The notes under the pieces: model-generated
The model's input: only the letters and a program-made list of their open reading frames with translations
Database searches by the model: none
Told to the model about the DNA's origin: nothing
IMG/VR virus record: IMGVR_UViG_3300021137_000001
Span: 248,001-312,000 of that record
Length of the DNA stretch: 64,000 bases
Direction: 5' to 3' (one strand)
Part shown: positions 18,053 through 27,694 of the stretch, one piece after another
How the letters are laid out: each line of letters begins with the position of its first letter
How positions within the stretch are numbered: position 1 is the stretch's first letter
Translations under genes and position numbers: made by a program

Positions 18053-19316
18053 ATACTGCTGGTCTCTCTTTTAATATGTCTGCTAGTGTAAGCGTATCAT
18101 TACGTATACTTTCTAATTGTAACACACGTTGCTTACCTTTGTCAAGCTCTTTCTTATATGTATCAGGCCATTGCTCGTCAAACGTTGGTCGTGATTTTAA
18201 CTGTACAAGTACATCTTGCATAGCGCCGGAAGTCTGTGGAATTAGTTCGTCTAACCATGGATGTAGTAAGTCGCGTGGTAGAGCAAGGGGACTAAGGATA
18301 ATGTCGGGGCTAAAGCTGAAAACAACTTTAGCCAAGATGTCTACATTTTCTTCTGAAGCAAGGTTGGTAATGTTGATGATTTCGAACATACCGGGCAATG
18401 TGAGAGTGAAGTCGATTCGCATTTGTCGACGATGAGTAGCTGTTTTAATTCCTTCACGGAAGTTTTCAAGCCATTGATTATAATCAAGTCCTGTTCTAAT
18501 ATATTCTCCAATTGCTCCCGTTCCATCAAGGCTGGCACAGATTTGCCAGTCGCGTAACCCAGATAAAATATCGCTGAAGAGATTGATACCACGATAGTTG
18601 ACGCGGCTAAGATTAGTATTGTACCTTGCGTAAGCATGCTTGCCATCTCCTAAATCAATAATGCGTTTCATATAACGCCAATGTTGTTCGTACATTAGTG
18701 GTTCACCACCAACCCAATATACTTCTTCAACTTGATGATTCTCGACTGCTTGAGCAAACTCCTGTTCTATTTGACTATCTTGAAATGCTGTGATCTCTTG
18801 TTTTACTTCTGGTTTCATCCAATTATTCTTTGGGTTGTTCCAATTAATCATATTATGTTGTCGTTGTTCAGTTTCCCAAGCACTCGATAACATATCTCCG
18901 CACATGCGACACTTAAAATTACATAAGTTACTAAATCTATAGTCCCAACTTACAGGGCGCATAGTTGTGTAACCTGTTGTATCTGTTGTCTCTTGTACTT
19001 GTAAATACTTATTACCAAACATAGAATCAAAATAACTACGGTAAACTGATGTGTTCAATAGCTTGTCATTACACACTTCGCATTCAGGAAGTGTTTCCCC
19101 TGCCATCATACGCCGACGTACTGACTTCATATGCTCACTGTTCCAGTGTTCATCTAAGGTAATTGGAATGTATTTGCCTGTGCCAGCTCGAGTATCGATA
19201 TACTGTTCAAAGTTTTGCGCAGGCTCGCGACTAGCACAGCATATACGTCTTTCAGTTTGTGGTGAAAGATATGTGTGACACCATGCGGCAAGGCAAAGTG
19301 TACTAGGCTTCAACAT
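18027..19316 (-). CDS. radical SAM protein with N-terminal SPASM/twitch-like Cys cluster (rSAM-5)
   Basis: CNFKCRMC, GGEP; N-terminal C..W.H...ICC ... CEVC. Confidence 0.9.
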   Translation of the reverse strand: MLKPSTLCLAAWCHTYLSPQTERRICCASREPAQNFEQYIDTRAGTGKYIPITLDEHWNSEHMKSVRRRMMAGETLPECEVCNDKLLNTSVYRSYFDSMFGNKYLQVQETTDTTGYTTMRPVSWDYRFSNLCNFKCRMCGDMLSSAWETEQRQHNMINWNNPKNNWMKPEVKQEITAFQDSQIEQEFAQAVENHQVEEVYWVGGEPLMYEQHWRYMKRIIDLGDGKHAYARYNTNLSRVNYRGINLFSDILSGLRDWQICASLDGTGAIGEYIRTGLDYNQWLENFREGIKTATHRRQMRIDFTLTLPGMFEIINITNLASEENVDILAKVVFSFSPDIILSPLALPRDLLHPWLDELIPQTSGAMQDVLVQLKSRPTFDEQWPDTYKKELDKGKQRVLQLESIRNDTLTLADILKERPAVYEWYKNIA

Positions 19317-20502
19317 AACCCATTGCTAATGCAATTTCCTTATGTGTTGTTAGCATCGATTCTTTTCTAAATTCATCAGTCTGTTGCATTTTACGTAAGA
19401 ATTCTGTGCCATCACTGCCGTTGCCATTTTCGATAAACTTAATGATACGCATAATTTCTGCTTTGTGTTTACTGCTAAACTCATGTGTGCGCAATCTATT
19501 AATAACAAGTTCTTTTGCGGCTGGTGTCATTCTAGCAATACACATGTGCCACGGGTCGTGTAACATATTAAAGTAAACATTATCAAATGTTTGTTGCGCA
19601 ATCCAATCACATATCTCGGGTAAGTAATAAACGTTTTGTATGTTTATTGTTGTACATAAATGTATAGTTAATTTCTTACTTCTTAGTTCAATAAACTTAG
19701 CTATGTTTGCTTGTACTTCGTCCCACTTAGCAAGATAGCGTTCATATTCAAAACGTGCGCCCATATTGTCTATACTAAATGCAATCTCAACGTGCTTAAA
19801 TTCTTTCCACACATCGGCAAAATCTGGGAAGACAGTGCCGTTTGTATTGTAATGTATTTCAATATCTTTACTATAACCATGCTCTACTGCATAACGCAAT
19901 AGTTCAAAGTGTTCTTTAATTAAGAATGGCTCACCTCCCGTAAATTCAAAGTATTTAATGTTTGGTAGCAGTGCTCGTAAGTTATCCCAAAATTGTGGAT
20001 TCTCACGCGGCCATGCGCCTTGCTTAAGAAATGTATATGCTAAATGGTCTTTCTTTTTAACTTCTGGTAAGTATGCCATTTCTTCTTGTGCCCACGGACT
20101 GCTACTCCAGCTACCGCATATACGACATTTAAGATTACAAATATTGCCGAGCTTTAAGTCAATGAACCAAAGTTGATCAGGGTTAGTATTACTAAAGTCA
20201 ACTTTATCATAGTATTCTTTAAGACGTATGCGACTGTTAATGCGCTTGCTTACTCTGCCTGCCGCCTCTTCGTCCCAACATCTTTTGCATGTTGCCGGTT
20301 GCTTACCAAGTAAAAACTCTTGACGCAGGTCTTGCATATATCCACTTTGATATATTTGTGTAAGTGTGTGTTTGTTTAAATCGTACTTGACACCAGCTGC
20401 ATCTGTTATCTCATCTATAGCAAGACAACAAGGTCGACTTGTACCAATTGGACTAGTTTCAATACTAATCCAAGGTAGCATGCATATTTTACTTGACAAC
20501 AT
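19303..20502 (-). CDS. radical SAM protein with N-terminal SPASM/twitch-like Cys cluster (rSAM-4)
   Basis: CNLKCRIC, TGGEP; CMLPW...PCC ... CKRCW. Confidence 0.9.
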   Translation of the reverse strand: MLSSKICMLPWISIETSPIGTSRPCCLAIDEITDAAGVKYDLNKHTLTQIYQSGYMQDLRQEFLLGKQPATCKRCWDEEAAGRVSKRINSRIRLKEYYDKVDFSNTNPDQLWFIDLKLGNICNLKCRICGSWSSSPWAQEEMAYLPEVKKKDHLAYTFLKQGAWPRENPQFWDNLRALLPNIKYFEFTGGEPFLIKEHFELLRYAVEHGYSKDIEIHYNTNGTVFPDFADVWKEFKHVEIAFSIDNMGARFEYERYLAKWDEVQANIAKFIELRSKKLTIHLCTTINIQNVYYLPEICDWIAQQTFDNVYFNMLHDPWHMCIARMTPAAKELVINRLRTHEFSSKHKAEIMRIIKFIENGNGSDGTEFLRKMQQTDEFRKESMLTTHKEIALAMGYVEA

Positions 20503-21802
20503 ATGATTTTAAATCTATAAACTCAGGGAATACCTGTCGGAATCTTTCGTTACGATAAATGTCCATTTGTTCGTTTACTCGAAAAAATTCACTCAATAAT
20601 TCACTCTTATCATCGGCATCCATAAAGTGCAATAAACTCTGATATCCATTGGTGGCACGTTTTAAATAATCAGAAGGTGCTAACCATTGTATATGTTCTT
20701 CTATTTTTTCCCTAGCCCGATCTTTATATACCTTAGGCAATACATCAATACGGTCGCGTTCGGATCCTTGTAGAATATTAATGTTCCAATCTTGTGGTTT
20801 AATAAATCCACGCTCAACCCAATCTCTATGGAAATCTGTGATGTGTAATATATTATAGATACTAACAGTAGGACTTATATAAAAGTCTACATTAGGACAT
20901 TTTTCAATCATGCGGCGGCGATTATTTTCAATGTCTGCCCACTTAGTACCTTTGCGTATATATTCGCCTCGTTCACCCATACCATCTAAACTAGCACCTA
21001 CACTAACACTATCAAATAACTGCCAATAATCTAATACATCTTCATTTTTAAGATTAAGTCTGCTAAAGTTTGTGTTGTATACTAATTTAACATCAAAGCG
21101 TTCTTGACGCACTAACTCTTTTAATACTTTATAATGTTCTTCCATGATAAGCGGTTCGCCACCGGCAAAGTAAATCTGATCAAGATACGGAATGTGTTGT
21201 AGCATTTGCACCCACATGTCGTTTTCTGTACGACCTGCAAACATAATTTGTGGGTGATTACGTGGACCAAACAGTTTAGTTTCTTCTGTGTACCAACTAC
21301 TGCTAAACAAACTTCCACACGTTCTGCAACTAAAGTTACATAGATTACTAAAGCGTACATCATAGTAACGTAGTTTAAAGTCCTCTACTGTGCCGTTTGC
21401 TAGTGTGTTATCAACTAATGCAATGTGTTGCCCAAAGTTTTTATTTGAACTGTTGCGCATACTCATAAAGCCACTTGCTTCTTGCTCGTAGCACTTAGTA
21501 CATTCTTTACACGATTTTTCTGTAAGCATGTTTGTACGCATAGTTTTATATGCATCATCATTCCATACTTCTTCCATTGTGTTTTGTTTGAAGTTACCAA
21601 TTGGGTAATCCATTTCGCCGAGACAACAAGGATATGCTCGTCCGTCTGGGAAGCCATGCATGTGTATCCACGGGATTATGCAAAATGTATCACTATCAAC
21701 TAATCTCGCAAGTTGATCTTTACGTAAATCATCTTCGCTTATATAAACTGGCTTACGTGTATGATAGTTATGATTCTTATAATATTCTGTTTCTTTTGTC
21801 AA
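20489..21802 (-). CDS. radical SAM protein with N-terminal SPASM/twitch-like Cys cluster (rSAM-3)
   Basis: CNFSCRTC, AGGEP; CIIPW.H...PCC ... CTKCY. Confidence 0.9.
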   Translation of the reverse strand: MTKETEYYKNHNYHTRKPVYISEDDLRKDQLARLVDSDTFCIIPWIHMHGFPDGRAYPCCLGEMDYPIGNFKQNTMEEVWNDDAYKTMRTNMLTEKSCKECTKCYEQEASGFMSMRNSSNKNFGQHIALVDNTLANGTVEDFKLRYYDVRFSNLCNFSCRTCGSLFSSSWYTEETKLFGPRNHPQIMFAGRTENDMWVQMLQHIPYLDQIYFAGGEPLIMEEHYKVLKELVRQERFDVKLVYNTNFSRLNLKNEDVLDYWQLFDSVSVGASLDGMGERGEYIRKGTKWADIENNRRRMIEKCPNVDFYISPTVSIYNILHITDFHRDWVERGFIKPQDWNINILQGSERDRIDVLPKVYKDRAREKIEEHIQWLAPSDYLKRATNGYQSLLHFMDADDKSELLSEFFRVNEQMDIYRNERFRQVFPEFIDLKSYVVK

Positions 21803-23133
21803 AGTGTGTTATACCAGTTAGTTAATTGTGTAAACGTGTATTTAAAGTCTTTACCTCGGCGTTGGTCGTATTGCTGATAAAAATTCTTAAAGTCTTGTAA
21901 TAAGTTGTTGTCAACTGTTGTATCTTGTTGTAAGTAATCAATCAAACGTTTAATATGTTCAAGTTCATGCTCGTGTAATGCACTATTCTTACTATTGTTA
22001 ACTAAAAATTCACTAAGCTCTTTACTATATATTGCACGTAGCTCAGCTGGTAGTATCATCGGACTTTGAAAACTAGGGAAGCGCAGTATGTTTAATGTAA
22101 ATGACAATGCTTCGCGGCCATACTTCTCTTTAAGCTTCATCATGTTGTATAAAAATTCACTAAGGCTCGGCAAGCATAATGCGTTGATAGTACACATGAC
22201 ATGTATGCTACGCACTTTTTTACTGTTAAGTAAGAATATTAAATTGCCAACCCATTGTTTCCATTCTAGTCCATCACGTATATACTCTGCATGTGTGCCC
22301 ATTGACTCATTGCTAGTGTAGATATCAAGTTCAATACCCTGTGTGCTATCGAGCAAGCGTTCAAGTATATCACGCTTAAAGCCAAGATTACTATTAATAG
22401 CAAGACGTGTAGTACTCGCGCCTTTGTGTGCTTTAAACCAATCGATTAAGCGCCACGTGTTATCTGACATTAGTGGTTCGCCGCCTGTAATGCGTAGCTC
22501 TTTTAATGTTTTATGTAGGTCTGTTTCCCACCATTTGAAGAATGCTTCCACATACGGATTAACTTCATTGAGTTTAAATAATTGACTGCTACTATGCTCG
22601 TGAGTAAAATGATTTCTGCCGTCTGAAACCAAATTGGTGTATGCCCCGTTCTGATGTATGTCTCTAACCCAACTAGTGCTAAAAGCAGGGTTGCAGTAAG
22701 AACAAGCAAACTGGCAAGTTCTGTCAAAGGCAATTTCCAAAGTTTGTAAGTTAACATCTTCGTTTGCAGGTAAATTGTATGCATCATCTAAGTCCTTATC
22801 GTTATAAATTACAGTCTTATATACACGGTCACTAACTGCATCTGTGCTCATGTCTTCTATCTTCCAGCAGTAATCACAGCCCGCAGGTCGTTCTCCTGCT
22901 TGCATTTGTCTACGCTGTTCTTTCTTTTGCGGAGTATTATGTATTGCGCTTGGATTTGTTTTAATTGCTTCTATATCAATTGCATGAGGCAATGGGTGAT
23001 GACAACTTGTAGTTTGTCCACTTCCTAACCATATAGTAGCGTTGTACCATTTTGCCGCGCAGAAGCTAGCGGACTTAATGTCAATCACTCTACGCTTATA
23101 TGCTAAATCTGTTTCGTTATTAATTTTCGGCAT
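21799..23133 (-). CDS. radical SAM protein with N-terminal Cys/His cluster (rSAM-2)
   Basis: CQFACSYC, TGGEP; CAAKW...SCHHP ... CDYCW. Confidence 0.9.
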   Translation of the reverse strand: MPKINNETDLAYKRRVIDIKSASFCAAKWYNATIWLGSGQTTSCHHPLPHAIDIEAIKTNPSAIHNTPQKKEQRRQMQAGERPAGCDYCWKIEDMSTDAVSDRVYKTVIYNDKDLDDAYNLPANEDVNLQTLEIAFDRTCQFACSYCNPAFSTSWVRDIHQNGAYTNLVSDGRNHFTHEHSSSQLFKLNEVNPYVEAFFKWWETDLHKTLKELRITGGEPLMSDNTWRLIDWFKAHKGASTTRLAINSNLGFKRDILERLLDSTQGIELDIYTSNESMGTHAEYIRDGLEWKQWVGNLIFLLNSKKVRSIHVMCTINALCLPSLSEFLYNMMKLKEKYGREALSFTLNILRFPSFQSPMILPAELRAIYSKELSEFLVNNSKNSALHEHELEHIKRLIDYLQQDTTVDNNLLQDFKNFYQQYDQRRGKDFKYTFTQLTNWYNTL

Positions 23134-24505
23134 GGTATTTACACTCCTGCCAAAAATCTTTCATTTGTGGGAATGTGTTCAAAAAGTTTAATCCTCTACG
23201 TTTATCGTATTCATTAAAAAATCTATAGAAGTCTGCACGTTGCGTTTTTAAATAGGTCGCATCTAAGTCAGCTCCTTGTTTCATCCAATCAAGATTACGT
23301 TCCATACGTTGTATCTCATAGTCTTTAAAGCCCTCAAAGTTATCAGCACGTTCGTCTGCTTGGTTTGTTCGCATAAATGTAACAACATCTTCTAATATGC
23401 GAACATAACTTGCTGGCAGTATTTGTAAACTTTGATATGTTGGGCTACGTAACAGTGGCGTGTCAAACCATACACGTTGATACGTTGAGCTAAACTTTTT
23501 ACGCATATTTAGAATTGATTCTAACAAGCGTTGCAGGCCAAGTATGTTTAAATTGTTCATTGTAATAATAAATGTTAAACTATTGCGATATGGAATATCC
23601 GTTAGGTATCGTTGAACATACGACCCACATCTATTCCAGTCTAATCCATCCCGTATATATTCAGCATGATCGGCAATGCCCGTATCTAAACTAACATACT
23701 GCATAAAGTGTTCAATGCGCTCGCCTTCGCATAGTTGTTTAACTTTATCTAGATACTTATTAAACAACGCGGGTTCAACACTAAAGTTACTTGTAACATC
23801 AACGTGCAAATCACTTTTCGGCAAAGCAAGTATGTAATCAAACACACGATGCGTATTCTTATCCATAAGCGGTTCGCCACCAGTCATTCTAAAGTGTTTT
23901 AGTTTAGGATATAGCTCAGGCCACCAGGCCCAGAATGCATCAACATAGGGGTTAGCTTCACGTACTGGGATTGGCTTACGTCGACCTTGAAAGTGCTCAG
24001 GTGCATTGTGCGGAGTACTTGTTGGGTATGCACCCCAACGATCAATATCTTTGCCCCACTCTGTTGAATACTGTGGACTGCAATATGAACAAGCTAAGTT
24101 ACAGCCATGACTGAAGTTTACTTCAACATAACTTGGCACAACATCTTGGTCCCATGGTGCATTTACTATCGCTTCATAGTGTTCAGCCGCCCATGGTTCA
24201 CCAGAACGATAGTGTCTGTCGCTTAGTTGCTTGTTATCTTCTGCACTCCAACAGTAACTACATTCTGCTGGGCGTGTTTGCTCTAGCATAAGTTTACGTT
24301 GCTGTTTCTTGTAGTCAGTATTGTGTAGCGCACCTGGATTGAATAACAATGGCGCACTATCAATCTCGTGCAACGGAGGGTGATAACAACTGTTAGTCAT
24401 GCCAGTTGTTAAATGCAAACTTACTTGTTGCCACTTAGCCAAGCAGAGTGCAGGTCCTAACTTGTCCTTCATTTCTTCTGCAGCTGACATAAAATTGCTA
24501 CTCAC
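23120..24505 (-). CDS. radical SAM protein with N-terminal Cys/His cluster (rSAM-1)
   Basis: CNLACSYC, TGGEP; CLAKW...SCYHP ... CSYCW. Confidence 0.9.
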   Translation of the reverse strand: MSSNFMSAAEEMKDKLGPALCLAKWQQVSLHLTTGMTNSCYHPPLHEIDSAPLLFNPGALHNTDYKKQQRKLMLEQTRPAECSYCWSAEDNKQLSDRHYRSGEPWAAEHYEAIVNAPWDQDVVPSYVEVNFSHGCNLACSYCSPQYSTEWGKDIDRWGAYPTSTPHNAPEHFQGRRKPIPVREANPYVDAFWAWWPELYPKLKHFRMTGGEPLMDKNTHRVFDYILALPKSDLHVDVTSNFSVEPALFNKYLDKVKQLCEGERIEHFMQYVSLDTGIADHAEYIRDGLDWNRCGSYVQRYLTDIPYRNSLTFIITMNNLNILGLQRLLESILNMRKKFSSTYQRVWFDTPLLRSPTYQSLQILPASYVRILEDVVTFMRTNQADERADNFEGFKDYEIQRMERNLDWMKQGADLDATYLKTQRADFYRFFNEYDKRRGLNFLNTFPQMKDFWQECKYHAEN

Positions 24506-25400
24506 GTGTCATTATGCCTGTGTTCTTAAATACGCTTTTGTAATGATGCTTAAAGAATCTGCTTTGGTCTGCATTTAATTGTGGTGCAGGTAGACCCAAT
24601 CGTAAATTTAACGAAAGCGACATTTCCCCGCATTCCTCGACTAAGTTGTACACTTTATGTTGATGCCATATTCTGTTTAGTGCATCAAAGTCTTGCACTT
24701 CTCTATAATCCCAATCTGTAATCATTGTCATGTATGTACCAAGTTTAGCACCATACATTGCCCAGTCGCCATTCTCTACATCCATACCTACATTGTGCCA
24801 TATGCTTAAATGATCATAGTTGCGATTGTGTACCCGTTTCTCAAACTCTTGCAGGCTTGGCTTAGTACCTCGAGCTAAACACATTTTAACACCTTCCCTA
24901 AAGCCTGCTCGCCACGCTTGATACGGAGTTGCGTTTGGATATGTTGTGCTGTAACAATCGTTCATACTCCAATAGCGTGGATCAAAACAAAACTCAACAG
25001 CGGTATCATCGTCACCGTTACTTGCTTCGTGAGTACGCATATTGTTGACAAAGTCTTTAGTCCAACAACTCATGCCGCCATTGCCGTACATTAGTCCGTT
25101 TATTTCGTTACGTGCTTTCCAGCGAAATACCACGTCACTGTTTGTGTTATCAAGTTGTAATTGTAAATTGAAAAATGCAGGATCGGGTATATTATCGCCA
25201 TCGATAAGAATGAATCTATCTGTATCCGATATCGCTGCGGCGGCTTTGTGCGCAGCGTCACTACCTTTGACTCCATCTACACGTTTGGCCCACGGTACCA
25301 TATTTTGTATCTTAATCCAATTTTGCTCTTTGTTTGGCTCATCGTATGTTAGCATCACACAATCTAAATCTGCAATATCAATTAGTGGCATAGTATTCAA
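24498..25400 (-). CDS. GT-A-like glycosyltransferase
   Basis: FILIDGDN (DxD), RVDGVKG..AAHKAAA, NGLMYG, WRAGFRE. Confidence 0.7.
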   Translation of the reverse strand: MNTMPLIDIADLDCVMLTYDEPNKEQNWIKIQNMVPWAKRVDGVKGSDAAHKAAAAISDTDRFILIDGDNIPDPAFFNLQLQLDNTNSDVVFRWKARNEINGLMYGNGGMSCWTKDFVNNMRTHEASNGDDDTAVEFCFDPRYWSMNDCYSTTYPNATPYQAWRAGFREGVKMCLARGTKPSLQEFEKRVHNRNYDHLSIWHNVGMDVENGDWAMYGAKLGTYMTMITDWDYREVQDFDALNRIWHQHKVYNLVEECGEMSLSLNLRLGLPAPQLNADQSRFFKHHYKSVFKNTGIMTRE

Positions 25401-25728
25401 TCTCGTTATAAGTATCAGTTGGTTCTAATATTAATCCTGCGTGTTTCTTTACTACAGCATAACCCTCAGAGCTACTGATTAATTGTACATGATAACCGGG
25501 ATTGTTGTCAATCTTTTTTAGTTTACCATCTTTAATTGTGTAGCAGAAGTAGTTGTCATATTCATCTTTGCTAACAACAATATACGTTGTATCGGATGGG
25601 TGATTTATCATTGTACACATCGTAATATGCCCATCTTCATAGTGTATTCTGTATTCTTTGACTTCTTCCACAGTGGGTTGCAACATTGCAAATGCTTCAG
25701 CTAATGTATCATTTGAGTTCATCTTCAT
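25378..25728 (-). CDS. hypothetical protein
   Basis: 116-aa ORF overlapping both neighbours. Confidence 0.6.
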   Translation of the reverse strand: MKMNSNDTLAEAFAMLQPTVEEVKEYRIHYEDGHITMCTMINHPSDTTYIVVSKDEYDNYFCYTIKDGKLKKIDNNPGYHVQLISSSEGYAVVKKHAGLILEPTDTYNEIEYYATN

Positions 25729-26563
25729 ATTCCTTAACTAAAGCATCTGTTATCCAACTCTTTTCATGATAGTGAATGGGATGATATTGATTTGTATTTG
25801 CTATACGTATCATCGGTAAATCTGTTTCGCACATTACTAATTCGGGCCATGGCGTACTTGTCCACTTGTTAATAGCAGGTTTCATATGTACAAAGTTAAT
25901 AAAATCTGCGCTGGGCAATGTACAATTTTCTATGCCCAAGATCTTTGCCGCTAGTGCATACACTACATCAGTAGTCGGATTATTATCGCGACAGTTAAGT
26001 AATACCTTATCGCGAATGTGCGCCCAGTTTCTAAATAGTTGTTCTGCTAGTGTAAAAAATTGGGTTGCTTCGCGTGTGTATCTAAAATACATTAGTCCAT
26101 TGTAGGTGTCGGGCAATTCATTATCGTCAAACAACTTTCTGTATTCACGTGATCGACTTAACTCTTGTTTATAATCTCTATAGCCAGTGCTTAATACAAT
26201 GTTCTTTAATCTAAAAGCGGTCCACCAGTGTGCAATACTTCTAGTGAATACAATATCACTTTCAAGTTTAATTGTTTCTTTGAATGGTGTGAGATAAAAT
26301 GCTTGCCATTCGTTACTTAACTTCCAAGCTTCGTCTACGGCTAAGTCATTCTCAATTGTAATTACATAATCAAACACTCGACGATGCTGTTCGGTTACTC
26401 GCGCTAGTGTATTCTTATCAACTGCAACTGCGTATAAGCTATTGGGCATTGTAAGTTTAATGCTCATTGCCTGCACGTAAGCAAGACGCAAATAATCGAC
26501 ATCTGCGGTGTTTTGCGCAATTGTCATAAAGCCTTGCTGTGCTTGATGGGGTGTTATTCGCAT
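25709..26563 (-). CDS. GT-like protein (DxD changed to ESD)
   Basis: FYLTPFKETIKLESD; paralogous to 26554-27315. Confidence 0.6.
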   Translation of the reverse strand: MRITPHQAQQGFMTIAQNTADVDYLRLAYVQAMSIKLTMPNSLYAVAVDKNTLARVTEQHRRVFDYVITIENDLAVDEAWKLSNEWQAFYLTPFKETIKLESDIVFTRSIAHWWTAFRLKNIVLSTGYRDYKQELSRSREYRKLFDDNELPDTYNGLMYFRYTREATQFFTLAEQLFRNWAHIRDKVLLNCRDNNPTTDVVYALAAKILGIENCTLPSADFINFVHMKPAINKWTSTPWPELVMCETDLPMIRIANTNQYHPIHYHEKSWITDALVKEYEDELK

Positions 26564-27315
26564 AAGGTATCTACCAATTTATCAAAGTCGGCACTTAATA
26601 AGTAATCTTTATCCATTATGTGTACGTTTTGCAGGGCAATGACATGTGCTATATTTTCTTCACGTATAATCATCTTTTCACCTGTTATTTCGATGTTTTT
26701 GACTAGTTTATCTATGGTTAGCATAGTAAAAGGGATACTTTGTGATAGGTCAGTAGTGTAACCACTAATAATATTGTTAGCAATTGCAAATGCGTAATCA
26801 TTGCGAAAGTTGCGTTCTCTAATGTGATACAACTTTTGATAATAAGCATAGTTACGTTCAATTCTGCCTACTAAGTCAAACAATGCTTTCGTTTTATCAG
26901 TGCGCTTAAATGTTATAGCAGTTGCCCACACATAATCTAAACTCATTTGCCCCATGTTGCCCGACATTGACATTGTAGGACTTTGATTGTGATGCATTAA
27001 CTTGTAATCAATTGTAGTGTCAAGTATGTTTAATAAACTCGTATCAAATTGTAAATAATCGCTATCAAGTAATATAGTTTCATCATACGGACTAAGTTCA
27101 TACGCACGATATCTACCACCGTTCTTCCATTGTGTTCCACCTGCGTGACCTGTTCTAAAGTTTTTAGCAGATGTAACGCCAGTATCTGTTATAATAGTAG
27201 TTGGTAGATTTAATGTGTGCTCAATCAGTCGTGCGGCTTGCTCAGCGATTTTAATGTAATCAACTGTATCTGTGTTAACAGCAAATAATATTACGCCCTT
27301 AGACTTTTCTTGCAC
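26554..27315 (-). CDS. GT-A-like glycosyltransferase
   Basis: YELSPYDETILLDSDY (DxD), RNDYAFAIA. Confidence 0.65.
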   Translation of the reverse strand: MQEKSKGVILFAVNTDTVDYIKIAEQAARLIEHTLNLPTTIITDTGVTSAKNFRTGHAGGTQWKNGGRYRAYELSPYDETILLDSDYLQFDTSLLNILDTTIDYKLMHHNQSPTMSMSGNMGQMSLDYVWATAITFKRTDKTKALFDLVGRIERNYAYYQKLYHIRERNFRNDYAFAIANNIISGYTTDLSQSIPFTMLTIDKLVKNIEITGEKMIIREENIAHVIALQNVHIMDKDYLLSADFDKLVDTLCE

Positions 27316-27616
27316 GTTTAAGTTCTTCGTGTTGTATATGCCACAAGTTCATTGCCTGCTGATAGTGTTGTGTGCATATATCTAAAAATTCCGATCGTTG
27401 CACAAAGATTGGGTTCTCGTACGTATCTTCTAAGTATAGCGCAACACTGGGCCATGTTGAGAGAAACGCAATAAGCTCTGGTGTTACCTTAAAGAGCCCA
27501 TTGTTATATGGTACGTGCAGATCTGTTTGCACTTTCTCTTTAAGTATACGTTTGTTTGTTTGATAATCCGTTGCTTGTTTAATTTGAGCAACTAGTTGAT
27601 TGATTTCTGTTGTCAT
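27299..27616 (-). CDS. hypothetical protein
   Basis: 105-aa ORF; first gene below the 70-bp cassette. Confidence 0.65.
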   Translation of the reverse strand: MTTEINQLVAQIKQATDYQTNKRILKEKVQTDLHVPYNNGLFKVTPELIAFLSTWPSVALYLEDTYENPIFVQRSEFLDICTQHYQQAMNLWHIQHEELKRARKV

Positions 27617-27631
27617 AATAGTAATTAGCCA

Positions 27632-27662
27632 TAAAAATAGGTAAGTGTTTATTCTTACCTAT
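27632..27662 (-). terminator. hairpin plus U-tract in repeat copy 1 (terminator or operator)
   Basis: Minus strand ATAGGTAAG-8 nt-CTTACCTAT then T-run; AT-rich 9-bp stem. Confidence 0.55.
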
Positions 27663-27691
27663 AGTGTACTACATTTATACGAGTATGTCAA
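27663..27691 (-). promoter_or_regulatory. sigma70-type promoter in repeat copy 1
   Basis: Minus strand TTGACA, 17-bp spacer, TACACT. Confidence 0.7.
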
Positions 27692-27694
27692 CTA

